The notes under the pieces were generated by a model. The model saw only the letters and a list, made by a program, of their open reading frames with translations, did no database searches and had not been told where the DNA came from. A DNA stretch of 64,000 nucleotides from Octopus sinensis (taxonomy: Eukaryota): contig NC_043015.1 of assembly GCF_006345805.1 (NCBI RefSeq), positions 7,316,001 to 7,380,000 on the forward strand, given 5' to 3'. Position 1 is the stretch's first letter. The number at the start of each line of letters is the position of its first letter. A program made the position numbers and the translations under genes. This document shows positions 1 to 13,123 of the stretch, in pieces.

Positions 1-554
1 AAAAGTATAGATATAAAAGGAACAAGTAAGAAACATTCTAAAATGGAATTTTTTTTTTTATTTTCAAACAATCAGTGTGATTGAAAGATTATGTATACAG
101 AAACGGAGTGAACAATTGAGTAAGAGTGACTGAGGTAGATAGGGAATGTGGTTGAGAGACCAGTTGATATATATTATTATGAGAGAAACTGAACTATAAG
201 AAATCTAAAAAATGGAAAGGAAAAATGGAATTTCTTTTGTGTGATAAGACGATAAGAAATTAAGCGAAATTTAGTTGTAGGCTTATATGGATTAAAACAT
301 CTATCAATGTCAAGTATCTTATTTGCTTTCCATTAGGTTATATACAAGTCAACATTCGGTTTAATTAGCACTGACGGTCTCATCAATTATGTTCATTAGT
401 TGATTAATTTTTGAACGGTTTACTTCAGCCTTGCGCCGAATTTCTATCCTTAAACACAGATGACTTCTTTAAATCTCATTAGTAAAGAAGTGGATCTTTA
501 AAAAAATCCATTTCAAATAGAAGAGTAAAAATAACTGTATAGTGAGTGCGTGTA

Positions 555-590
<36 letters not shown>

Positions 591-648
591 TAATTGACTG
601 ATGGTGAGTTCGTATTTTGCATTTGTGTTCATATTCCTGTATTCTTGC

Positions 649-679
<31 letters not shown>

Positions 680-3469
680 CATATATATATATGTATGTAT
701 GCATGTGTATACGTATGTGTGTTTGTATGTATGTGTCTATCTCTCTCTCTATATATATATATATCTATATATCTATACATATATGTATAAATACATAGAT
801 ACATAGCGACATACACATGTGTGTGTGTGTGTGTGTGTGTGTCTGCGTCGTTTTGTCAACAAGGAAATGAAATGTAACTAAATAATTGATAATGTACATA
901 CGACGACAAATTCAGCTTTCACTAGAATCAAATACAACATACACATACATCATGAGATTAATTTACAATCATTCAGATAAATAATTGTTTTATTTTTAGT
1001 TCAGAATACATAACACCGATGCTAAATATCATCTTTTCAGTGCTACTACATTAATCAATAAGATCGTCTGTGATGAACCGCGCAGTCAATACTAAAGACA
1101 CGGGTGTTGCTAAACGTGATACGTCTCTTGGTTTAATACCACCACCTCGACATGGCTTTGCTCAAGTGCTGTCTATATTGTTGCATGCATTGAGTCCAAG
1201 TCACCAGTCGTTGGATAATATCTGTCACAAAACTCTTAGGCTCCTAACAGTTCATTCCTTTCGAAGTATAATGAAAGGTTATACATATACATTTATATAT
1301 TTATTATAAAAGGTTACACAGACAAGATGTTACTTTTGTGTTATGTAAAATAATTTTACTATTCATATCAAAATAAGTTTCAATGTTTCTAGCATTTTCG
1401 ACGACATAATTAAAATAGATATACTTAAGTAAGGCTAGCACAAATTTCTGGAAAATGATTTGATCTGTGACCGTGGATTGAACCTAAACCAATTACAGTG
1501 CGAAAGGCACATATTAACATTTCAAAGGCATACAAAGAGAATTCACTTCCTTTAAGCATCTGTTATTTGGTGTCAATGAGCATGTTACAATTTGCGCGAC
1601 GAAATATTTTATGCTAAATAATAAACTTTTAACAATCTTTATGTGATTTTGAATAGCTAAGAAATAAATATATCAAGCGTTAAACTAATGCATTTCTTTT
1701 CCTGAGCAAGCAAAAAAAAAAAACGCATCTGCCAAGTTCTTTTGTCATTAGACTTCCTCGGCGGAATTTTGCGTTTGCACAAATAAACGACACGTGCATT
1801 ACATCTCCCAAAGCCTCATTCATTTATGCCGGAAATCGATAGAATAGAAAAAATGAAAGATTTAAAAGTGACAATGAATGACACCAGAAAATTGCCCCCC
1901 AAAAATTAATATAAGCAGCAGATGAAACTCAAGACTGTACAGATCTAGTAAAAATATGAACTAAATTATTCTTGCTCAGACTTTCAGTTTATCAAAATAT
2001 TTTATGACATATGCCCTTTCTTAATAAGCTAGACCGAAATGTCTGAAACGAAGCTGTTTACATGTTATGTACAATCAACGAGTTACACTTTCTTAAAAGC
2101 CCATTCAAGATGTCGCTTGCTAAATTTCACTTTGAAAAGCAACGCTCACTATACAATACATTTTGGATTATTTGACATAATCTCTAGAAAAGACTAACAG
2201 ACTAATAAATTAACAAATACATATAAAGCAAAAAAAAAACGATATACATAAAATTATAAATACAAAGCCACAAAATGTTTAGAATTTCATAGTGGAAAAT
2301 ATGTTATAGAATAAAATATATTAGAACATATGTATATGCGATGAGTGTATGTATACATATTTTTATATATTACATAGAAGCAAACACATAATCACACACA
2401 CACACCACATACATACGCATACGCACACACCACTACAACCACCACTACCAACCCCCTCACCACCACATGCACACACAAACACTCACATACAGCGGGTGAG
2501 AGACAGAAATACGAGTACATAAATAGAAAAAGCGACGAGGTTGAAATATAATAAATAAATATATAAATGTATATGTATATATGTTGGTGTGCGAGCGTAT
2601 AGTTGATTTTTAACGTGCTTCTGTTTGACTGCATATTGACTGAAGGATATTTATTTTTCTGGAAACACACAATATTAAAACAACAAATACATATATATAA
2701 TATATATATATATACATACACACAAATAGAGAGAGAAGCGAATAAGACCAAAGACGTAAAACAAAAAAGTCGACACTGCAAATTTTACAAAAGTTTCTAT
2801 CATAATTCTAGTAAAATTTAGTTTCATTAATTTTATGGAGAAAAAGCCAACAGAAAACAAGAAAAAATGTGTGTGTAAATATATTCCCAAAACAAGATTC
2901 TTCGTTTTTCTGAAATGAATGCTAAATATTTGAATGATTTGCCACTATGATGCTTTGTTGTTCAATGCAGAATCTGCTATTTATTCTGTTTATTTCTTTT
3001 TGGCTGGTCTATTTGTTGTTTTGTTTGTTCAGATTCCTGTTTCTTGAGATATTGTTGTGTTCTATGTGGCCATTTTTTTTCTATGTTTATTCGTGAATTT
3101 GTGTTTTTGGTTGGTTTTAGAATGTTTCCACTATTTCTCTTTTCAATTCCTCTCTTCCGCTAGTTCATGAATGGCAAATTTTCATTCATTATGACCATGT
3201 TGTATTCCCACATGCTCTAGCAAAAATGTAAACTTATTATGAATTCATTATGTATCTTTCCTCTTCTATATCTCCATCGCTATCATTCTATTTTTGTTTT
3301 TTTGCTTTTACAAACTTAGTCTCTGCATTGCTTTTTTTTCTGTGCTCCATACATTCATCTTAATTTCTACACACATTCACATACATATACAAACATGCCA
3401 TACACACACACACACATATTATATATATAATATATATATATCTATATATATATATAGAGAAAGAGAAGA

Positions 3470-3532
3470 GAGAGAGAGAGAAATTGGGTGGGTGAATTGG
3501 ATATATTTATATATATATTATATATAATAAAT

Positions 3533-3565
<33 letters not shown>

Positions 3566-3590
3566 ATTGATGGATGAATTGGATGATATT

Positions 3591-3641
<51 letters not shown>

Positions 3642-3720
3642 AGAGAGAGAGAGAGAGGAGAGAAATTGATTGGATGAATTGGATGATATTTATATATACA
3701 TATATAATATAATTATATAT
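3470..3720. repeat. Three tandem copies of a compound unit: (GA)n + GAGAAATTGRTGGATGAATTGGATGATATTT + (TA)n
   Basis: The unique core recurs three times about 90-110 bp apart, each time between GA and TA microsatellites. Confidence 0.8.
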
Positions 3721-4569
3721 ATACACAATACATGAATTAACTCTCAAAAACATATATGTATATACATATATATATATATGTGTGTATACCAGATATTTTG
3801 TATATACATATACACACGCATATGAATAAACGTTGGTTTGTGTATCTCTGCATGTATGTGTGTCACAGAGAAAGGAGGTATACTGAAATAACAAGACAGA
3901 GAAGAGTGAGGGGAAGAGAGATATTGAACACAAAGAAAGAGAGAGCTGTGTTAAAGAATGAAAAAGCATCGGATATTTTCAAGAATCTGCCCGTTGATTT
4001 GTGCTTAAAAATCAATGATTTTATTATTATTTTTACTATTTCCAGAATACCATTATTGTTAAATTGTAAAAATTGTTCGTTAAGATTTAATATTGCACCA
4101 ATAATAATTTCGATGTAAAAAGATTTCTTATTTCTTATAAAGCATTTCAAATATATTTTATTCTATGAATAGAAATAATATCAACAAAACCAAAAAAAAA
4201 AAAAACACTACAACATTATCAGCGATAATAAAGCAATAAAACAAAAACAAAAATCGTTAAACCGAAAGTATATAAGGGTCAATGAAAAAGGAAGTTATGT
4301 ACGGAAACCGTAGAATATGCTGCAGGAAAATATTTTATCTTCTTAATTTTATTTATCGAAATTAGATAAAGAAATAAATACCTAAAACAAATTAAAAGAT
4401 AACTATGAAGCATACATACGTACATACATACATACATACATACATACATACATACATACACCACAAATATACACGCGAGCATACACATGTTTATCTATAC
4501 AGGCGAGAGTGAGAGATGTATGCATGGCATATGCATATATATATATATATATATACGTACATACATATG

Positions 4570-4601
<32 letters not shown>

Positions 4602-4669
4602 GATATGCATAAAAATGCATATATATGTATACATACATATATATACACACATACATACATACTCACACA

Positions 4670-4689
<20 letters not shown>

Positions 4690-4709
<20 letters not shown>

Positions 4710-4823
4710 CAAATACATTTAGATAATACATACAGATATATATGTATATATACAAATACATTTAGATACATACATACTGATATCTATATATATATATACA
4801 AATACATTTAGATACATACATAC

Positions 4824-4858
<35 letters not shown>

Positions 4859-4900
4859 AATACATTTAGATACATACATACAGATATATATAATATATAT
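4690..4900. repeat. Minisatellite, core TATACAAATACATTTAGATACATACATACAGATA, about 4 copies
   Basis: Core read directly at about 4706, 4750, 4797 and 4854. Confidence 0.85.
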
Positions 4901-5619
4901 ATATATATATACACATATATATACATATATATTTTTTATATATAGGTGTGCGCGTGTGTCTATTTCTCTACCTATTTATCTATATACATATATATAAATT
5001 TAATTTTTTTTATATTAGAGAGTATAAATGACATGTCAATTTTAAATGATTCATTTGTCTATAGATTAAATTAAGAAAATGAAACAAGGAATTTTATAGA
5101 CAAAATACGAATAAAACAAAACGGAAAATGAGGTGAAGAGTAGAGTTTCTTGTTAAAAGAAAAATCACGGTTATATATGAGTTATAATAATTTAAAAAAG
5201 AAAACGATAAATGCAAGAATAATCTAAAATGAAATAGAGGAAAAAAATGGCAAAATATAATATACCTAAATATCCATAAGAAACAATAAACACAACTCCA
5301 AAACGTAAAATATTACGAACACAAAAACAATGCATAGAAAATTAATGTCTAAGTTTTCGAACGCATAACTCGTTTATATGAAAATTTAAGACATAAAATA
5401 AACAATTTAAGAAAAAAAAATTATACATAATATTAGGAAAGAAAGAGCTAATAATAACGATAATATTATATATTTATTGGCAAGCTAATCTATCATGTCT
5501 ATATCGATCTTATGCATTTCAATACAATAAAGTCAACTCTCTTGCCTGCCTGACCCGTAACACTGAAAATTTGCCGATGTCAATCAGTGAAACATAATTC
5601 CTTTTTATATAAAATTAGC

Positions 5620-5960
5620 AATAATAATAATAATAATAATAATGATAATAATAATAATAATAAGAAGAAGATGATGATGATGATGATGATGACGATGAAG
5701 AAGAAGGAGAAGATGAAGATGAAGAAGAAGAGAAAGAAAGGAAGAAGAGGAAGAAGAAGAAGAGAAAGAAAGGAAGAGAGAGAAAGAAAGGAAGAAGAAG
5801 AAGAAAGACGAAGAAGAGGAAAAAGAAGAAGCGGAAGAAGATGGAGGGAGAATGAGGAGGAGGAGGAGATGGTGGAGGAGGAAGGTGGATGAGGTAGGGG
5901 AGGAGGAAGGGAGGGAAAAAGAGGAGGAAACAAAGGAAAGGAAATGAAGTAGAAAGTGAA
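5620..5960. repeat. Compound trinucleotide/purine microsatellite (AAT)n-(GAT)n-(GAA)n-(GAG)n
   Basis: Direct reading; explains the low-complexity ORFs 5580-5966 and 5587-5892. Confidence 0.9.
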
Positions 5961-6134
5961 ATACAAGAATAATGAAAAATAACGTAGAAGTTAAGAAAAG
6001 TAGAAAATCAAGATACAGAAGTTGAATGCGGAATAGGAAGACGAGAATAACAAAAGCAAATAAAAGAACACGAATGAAAAATGTTACTAATAGTTAAAAG
6101 AATGCAAAGAGTAGGATAACTAATGGTGAAGTTG

Positions 6135-6360
6135 ATCATCTCACAACAACAACAATAATAATAATAATAATAATAACAATAATAGTAATAATATTAATAA
6201 TAATAATAATAATAATAATAATGATAGTAAATAATAATAATGACAATAATGATAATAATAATAATAATAACAATAATAATAATAATAATAGTAATAATAT
6301 TAATAGTAATAACAATAATAATAATATTAATGATAATAATAATAATAATAATGATAGTAA
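6135..6360. repeat. (AAC)n/(AAT)n microsatellite
   Basis: Direct reading. Confidence 0.9.
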
Positions 6361-7029
6361 CGTTGGGGATGATGATGGCTTGCAGGAGGGTGAATTACAA
6401 GTATTATAAAGAAGAAAAGAAACACGAAGAAACAGAACTAAAGGAGGAGAAAAACAAACACATACACACACGTACACACACATACATACAGAGTCTAAAA
6501 GAGAAAAAGGAAAACCAAGTTACATTTTTCGAAATGAAAAAAAGATAAAGTATCAATAGAATATCAATACATAGGAACAAATGTATTGAAGTTACGTATT
6601 CGATCTTCTTGAGTACAATCGATTTATCATGAGTATAAGCTGAAAGAAATCAAAAATGAATGCACACACACACAGGCAGACACACACATAGATATATACG
6701 TATATACAAATATATGATGTATATATATATTTTACACAAATGTTTATCTATCTATCTATATATATGTGTATATATATATGTATGTATATATATGCGTATA
6801 TATATGTGTATATATATATATGTGTGTGTATATATATGTATATATATATACAATGTGTGTATATATATGTATATATATATACACGCACACGTATATATGT
6901 ATGCTTCTATATATGTGTGTGTATGTATGTGACTGTGTGTGTGTTTCTGTGTTTGTGCGTGTGCACCTTTATATATTCCGATTTCAATCTAAAATTTCTC
7001 TCTTCTATTTTGTATTATGTGTATAGATA

Positions 7030-7580
7030 TACAACTATGTCCTAGTTATATATATGTATGTATTTATACTTGTATATGCATATATACATGCATATGTGCG
7101 TGTGTATATATATATTCGTATATGCATGTATATACATGCATATGTGCGTGTATATATATATATATGAATATATACATTTATATATATACATATATACACT
7201 TATATATTCATACATATATATATACATACATATATATACATATATTCATACATATATATATACATACATATATATACATATATTCATACATATATATATA
7301 TACATATATTCATACATATATATATATACATATATTCATACATATATATATATATACATATATTCATACATATATATATATACATATATTCATACATATA
7401 TATATATATATACATATATTCATACATATATATATATATACATATATTCATACATATAATATATAACATATATTCATACATATATATATATATACATATA
7501 TTCATACATATATATATATATACATATATTCATACATATATATATATATTTATATATATATAATATATATATATATATAG
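7030..7580. repeat. TA-derived minisatellite (TATACATATATTCATACATATATATA-like units)
   Basis: More than ten near-identical units of about 26-30 bp. Confidence 0.9.
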
Positions 7581-8099
7581 ATTATTATATATCTTATATA
7601 TATTTATACATATGAATGAATAAATAAATATATATTATATATATATATATATATTTACTATTTATATTTATATATATATATATATATTTATGTTTCCTCA
7701 CGTAAATATTTGTACATATCTGTATGTACACAAACAACAATGAAAGTACAAAAGACACACATTTAAATGGACCGAAATCAGGATGTTTAAGAATGTGAGC
7801 GCGCATAATAAATGACGGTCGCTCCAGTCACATAGGTTTACATTATATTTCCCTGGGTGTCTATGGAAGTTCACGAACTGATGTTTTCTTGATACACAGC
7901 ATTAGCATCATCACTATTATTATTATTATTATGATTGCCATTATTGATTTTTTTATTGTATTATGATCATCATTTACTTTTTCCGCAGCTACAAAGAGTG
8001 TTACCGCTTCCAACGATTTCCGTTGACATGTTATTCATGAAAGAGGAATGAAGTAGCTACTACACAAAGATCAGAATCAAATCATAAAGATGGAATCTT

Positions 8100-8141
8100 G
8101 CAGCAGCAGGAGCAGCAGTAACAGCAGCAGCAGTAGTAGTG

Positions 8142-8174
<33 letters not shown>

Positions 8175-8530
8175 TTAGTGGTAACGACGAAAATGATGAT
8201 GATTTTTATCATTATGTTGCTGATGATTATGATGATGATGATGATGATGATAAGGATGATGATGATGATGATTTTGATGATGATGCCGACAACGATGACG
8301 ACGACGAGGCTGATGGTGATGATGATGTTGATGTTGATTTCGATGATGCCGACAACGATGACGACGACGAGGCTGATGATGATGATTATGATGTTGATTT
8401 TGATGGTGCCGATGACGACGACGACGCTGATGATGATGATGAATGACGATGTCGATGATGTTCATGATCATGATGATGCCGATGGTGGTGAAGTTTATGA
8501 TGGTGGAGATAGTGGTGATGATGATAACGA
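8100..8530. repeat. Compound (AGC)n-(AGT)n-(GAT/GAC)n microsatellite with an internal duplication
   Basis: GATGATGCCGACAACGATGACGACGACGAGGCTGATG occurs twice inside a GAT-rich tract. Confidence 0.85.
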
Positions 8531-8933
8531 TGTTGATAAAGCAAAGGTATTAAAATTTAAAAGAGAAGAAAACAAGTTCGGCCAAAAGAAAACAAAAAGT
8601 AAAAAAAATAATATAAAAAAGTTTAAAAAATAATATAAAAAAATAATATAAAAATAAAATAAATAATAAAAAGCAGCAACGACAACAATAACAAGAGAAT
8701 AAGTAAGTAGACAGGAGAATAACAAGAAAACATTAAAGGAATTGAAAAGAAACAAAGAGAGAAAATAGAGAAACGATGGAATTTTGTGAGGTAGGGATGT
8801 AAAAGTATTTGCTTGTAATTTATAAAAGGAAGATTTTGGAGCTTAAGAGAAAAGACATTTTTGTAACAGCTCATGTTGACATTGTTGTAAAGGTGTTGCT
8901 ATGATCTCGACTTTGTTTTAGCAAATATACATA

Positions 8934-8977
<44 letters not shown>

Positions 8978-9560
8978 CTTACATATATTTAGAATGTCTG
9001 CTCTCTTTTATTCCTCTGGGTTTCCACAATAGATGTGCATGATCTCGTATTTCCTAAATCTTGTTAGTAGTAAAATTTCTTAAATGAAATTGATAAATTT
9101 TTTTTTATTATTTTCATCATCATCATCATCATAATCATCAACTTCTTCATCATCATCACCATTACCGTCGTCATCATCACTATCGTCATCTTCCTCATCG
9201 CCATCATCATCATCATCATCGTCATCATCATCGAAATCGCTAGTTGGAAGAGACTTGATTGCGTCGAAGATAATGAGTAGAGGCATTTCCCCCGGTTCTT
9301 TACGTTATGCGTTCAGATTCAGCCGAGGTCAGCTTTGCTTTTCTTCTGGTAGGTAACAATAAAATAATTGAACTGCATTTTTTACAGACTGCCAGTGAAA
9401 TCGGCTTAATTCCCCTTATAAAACTACTAATCTTGGCCCAACACTTTGTTATTATTATTAGCATCATCATAGTCATCATCAGTTTTGTTTATTATGTCTG
9501 TGTGCCTGTGTGTCCGTGAATACATGAATGTGTATGTATATATATATACATATATATGGC

Positions 9561-9936
9561 TACAGGACGTCACCAACAGTAAACAACATGGAATACGAAA
9601 ACAAATCAGTTCAATACGCAAAATGCGAGACAAATGGAAAACAGGAGTAGTAGCATAAAGAACGACCCTTTATCAGTTGTTCGTTGTCTATCTACTCCTC
9701 ATTTCGAGCATTGATCGACAATATGAGTTTTCGAAGACAGTTGCTCCAGTAAGTACCAAAATAAAATTTGGGGTTTATGTTGGGGACATGAGCAGGACAG
9801 TGGAGACATACAAGGAAACCGAACAAAAATAAACATGGAGGGTCGTAAGACCAGAACGAGGGTAATACAGCGAGTCCTGAAAGAAAAGATGATCACGAGA
9901 GGAAAAGAAAGATGGACGATGGTCGAGCGTGAGCAG

Positions 9937-9960
<24 letters not shown>
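9561..9960 (+). mobile_element. Interspersed repeat family D (TACAGGACGTCAC... head, GA-rich tail), class uncertain
   Basis: Colinear similarity to 36730-37330 and to both arms of 47938-48514. Confidence 0.75.
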
Positions 9961-9975
<15 letters not shown>

Positions 9976-10207
9976 GAAAGAGGGGGGAGAGGGACATAGA
10001 AAACAGTGAAAGAGAGAAAAAATGGAATTAGAGGGAAAACGATGGCGTAGAGTCGCATGAAAAAGATAAAGAGAAACTTACTTGGAAATGGATGTGTGGC
10101 ATACATATATATATACATAAATGTATATGCATGTACGTGTATATATGACCGTGTGAACACACACACAAGCACAAACACACATACAAACATGCATTATATA
10201 TATATAT

Positions 10208-10260
<53 letters not shown>

Positions 10261-10329
10261 TGTGTGTGCGCGCGCCAATTTATAGAAAGAATGTGACAGG
10301 AAGAAAGAACGAGACAGAGAGAGCTACTA

Positions 10330-12010
10330 ATGCCAACATTCCAAATATTTCTGGACATGTCCAATAATTTTGTTGATGTAATTCAAAGACCCCAGCACTT
10401 CTACCAACTGCAATGAAGTCTAACTAATATGCCTTCAACCTAGATAGCACGCAATTCTAACACCTCGCATCCGCTCTGTTACCTTTCAGCTTACTGTGCC
10501 ACTGAATCATCTCTTCTAACATGGATATATCATACCTGTGTTTCTATTACAAAACCTGTAAATATAGAAAGAAGTTTTGGTGCCCTTTGCTCTGCTGTGG
10601 GCTACCACTTAAAATATCTACTTAGAGTATATACACCTGTCTTCACAGCTGTGTGGATCACATCTTAATCTCTTCGGTCACGTTGCCTCGGCAGATTCCC
10701 AGGACTCTCTGGCGCAATCCATTCCTTTATTGTGAATTTGAATCGGGAGCTTGAGTCATAAAGAATATTTCATTAGCGGAATATACAACCATTGACGACG
10801 TCCATGGTGGATGCGTTGCAGTTACTCTCTTGATAGAGCCGGGTGATCCTGATCCTTGATATTCTAGGATCTCTCCACACAGCATCGATGCAAGGATCAC
10901 CGTTGGCTCAGTTGAGCTCTTACGCTACCTCTTGCCAATGATCTCGTCGTATTCAAGGCGGCGAGATGGCAGAAACGTTAGCACGTCGGGCGATATGCGT
11001 AACCGTATTTCGTCTGCCGTTACGTTCTGAGTTCAAATTCCGCCGAGGTCGACTTTGCCTTTCATTCTTTCGGGGTCGATAAATTAAGTACCAGTTACGC
11101 ACTGGGGTCGATGTAATCGACTTAATCCGTTTGTCTGTCCTTGTTTGCTCTCTCTGTGTTTATCCCCTTGTGGGTAGTAAAGAAATACGTAGGGAGCTCA
11201 GTTGAGCTCTTACATTACCACTTCCCATGATCTCGTCGTATCCTTATTGGAAGTCTGAACGGGTGCCGTACCTGGCCAGAAGGTAAACCGTAATTATACC
11301 AGGCACTGTCGTCGTTCCGTGAGGTATCCTCAAAATACCCGCACATCCTAATACTCTGAATTATTCGTCATATAGCCTGCTTAATATATACTTCAACTTA
11401 GGACACTTAAGCGTTAGTAGAACTCACTTCTGCTCGATTTGTTAGCGAAACACTCGGACAATTTCTTCATCCGTGAACGCTTTACAAATATAAATTCCAG
11501 CATGACATTATGTATGATCACGTATGCTCACGCATGCAGTTCACTATAAGCAATGTCACCTTCAGGTAAATTATCTTCATTAAATCTAGATACAGCAAGA
11601 CAGGTATTGGAACAGTCAAAGAAAAATGTTCTAAGACGATACGGCAAGTTAATGGTTACGTAATCAAATTCAATATCAACGGGCCAGAAAAACTTTGCCA
11701 AAGTCTACTTCATCAAACAGCCACATATCAGACATGACAATTATTGGAATTTGTAAGATTAATAATAGAGAATAACGAAATTGGAGTTTTCTTTTGTATT
11801 TCTGTTTTTATTTTATTTTGTTGTACTTCCATAGCGATGTCAGGAGAAGGTTGTGAAGAAAGACATCAAGCTGCCTATTTAGAATCTTAGATGTTATACA
11901 GCGCTGGATGTCACAAAGTTCGTATTCTTTATTTGCAGAGACGAAATTCAGAATCGTAGCTGTTCTTCTCGGTTAGTCATCAGTTTAACTGTAAGATAGA
12001 TGCAATCAAT
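10330..12010 (-). pseudogene. Decayed protein-like reading frame of unknown origin, interrupted by a SINE
   Basis: High-complexity island, less AT-rich than its flanks. The minus strand gives long protein-like stretches with scattered stops and a few frameshifts (e.g. LAKFFWPVDIEFDYVTINLPYRLRTFFFDCSNTCLAVSRFNEDNLPEGDIAYSELH). No family recognised. Confidence 0.35.
10955..11187 (+). mobile_element. SINE family A (tRNA-derived head, Meta-like central domain)
   Basis: AAGGCGGCGAG.TGGCAGAAACGTTAGC head, B-box GAGTTCAAATTCC, central CTTTGCCTTTCAT.CTTTCGGGGTCGATAAATTAAGTACCAG, tail GTAAAGAAATA. The Meta-domain assignment is from recall and should be checked. Confidence 0.92.
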
Positions 12011-12164
12011 GGAAATTTATATTATTTATATAATAGTCAGCCGTTTTCGATTCACCATCAGTTTATTGCTGAAAGCTTGTACAGGACACGACGGTCAAAT
12101 GAAAAACAAAAGAAAGAAGCATTTGTAGTTTGTGCGTCGATGATGTACGTTCATATATATATAT

Positions 12165-12201
<37 letters not shown>

Positions 12202-12569
12202 TATGCAATGTTTTTACCAGTTCAACTATGATTGTTGCACGTTTGGACTAATAAACAATCAATTTACTGTGTTTTGTCTGCATCTCACACTCTGCAAAAA
12301 AGGGCGCTGCGAACATATTTAGGTGTAGTTGCACAATTGTCAACAGCGAGAAATTTTCTCCGTGGCAAAACACAATGAGTGGCTTGTTTACAAGTTCAAA
12401 TGTGCCACAAGCATATTTGAACTGATAATAGCATCGGATTTCTACATATCATTGCTTAGCTTTCTTATTTCCTAATATCTATCTATGTCTATATTTATAT
12501 ATATATGTGTGTGTGTGTGTGTATATGTGTTGTGTGTGTGTGTGTGTGTGTGTGTGTTGATATATATAT

Positions 12570-12623
<54 letters not shown>

Positions 12624-12702
12624 ACATATACAGTGAGATATATATATATATATTTACAGGTTAAAATAACGAATATAATAAAGGAAAAATAATGGAAATA
12701 TG

Positions 12703-12734
<32 letters not shown>

Positions 12735-12767
12735 CGTGGTTATATATGTGTGTATTGATATATATAT

Positions 12768-12799
<32 letters not shown>

Positions 12800-12857
12800 C
12801 ATATCGTGTTTGGTGTTTGATATATATATATAATACATATATCTGTTTGTGGGTTTG

Positions 12858-12891
<34 letters not shown>

Positions 12892-12924
12892 TAGTATACA
12901 CATTCTTAGAGTAAGCACATAGAT

Positions 12925-13083
12925 GCGAAACTAAGTGGGAAAGTACTCGAATACCAGATGTAGAGTAATATACTTTACTAAAAAGCAGCGAAAGTATTAC
13001 AAAAGCAGTTTTGTTTGTCCGACGAACGGGTACGTGAAACTCTGAGTAACAGTTTTTGTGATATTTTTACTGCTTTTAATAAA

Positions 13084-13090
<7 letters not shown>
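12925..13090 (+). mobile_element. Short repeat-like element with a long hairpin and a hammerhead-like motif (probable PLE terminal fragment)
   Basis: Inverted arms 12969-13010 and 13048-13090 enclose CCGACGA-ACG-GGTA-CGT-GAAA-CTCTGAGTA-ACAG. Confidence 0.5.

Positions 13091-13123
<33 letters not shown>

Noticed and set aside
7594-7806. MRAHILKHPDFGPFKC looks like a C2H2 zinc-finger linker
   Set aside because: No CxxC before or after; an in-frame stop lies a few codons upstream; the linker is not TGEKP-like.
8090-8446. Poly-Ser/poly-Asp ORF resembling an acidic biomineral protein
   Set aside because: Entirely microsatellite, open in several frames and on both strands, with no signal peptide or splice support.
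11753-11835. 83-nt plus-strand GT-AG intron-like segment (gtaaga...ccatag)
   Set aside because: Spliced frames stop within about 20 codons. Kept only as an alternative to the minus-strand fossil ORF.
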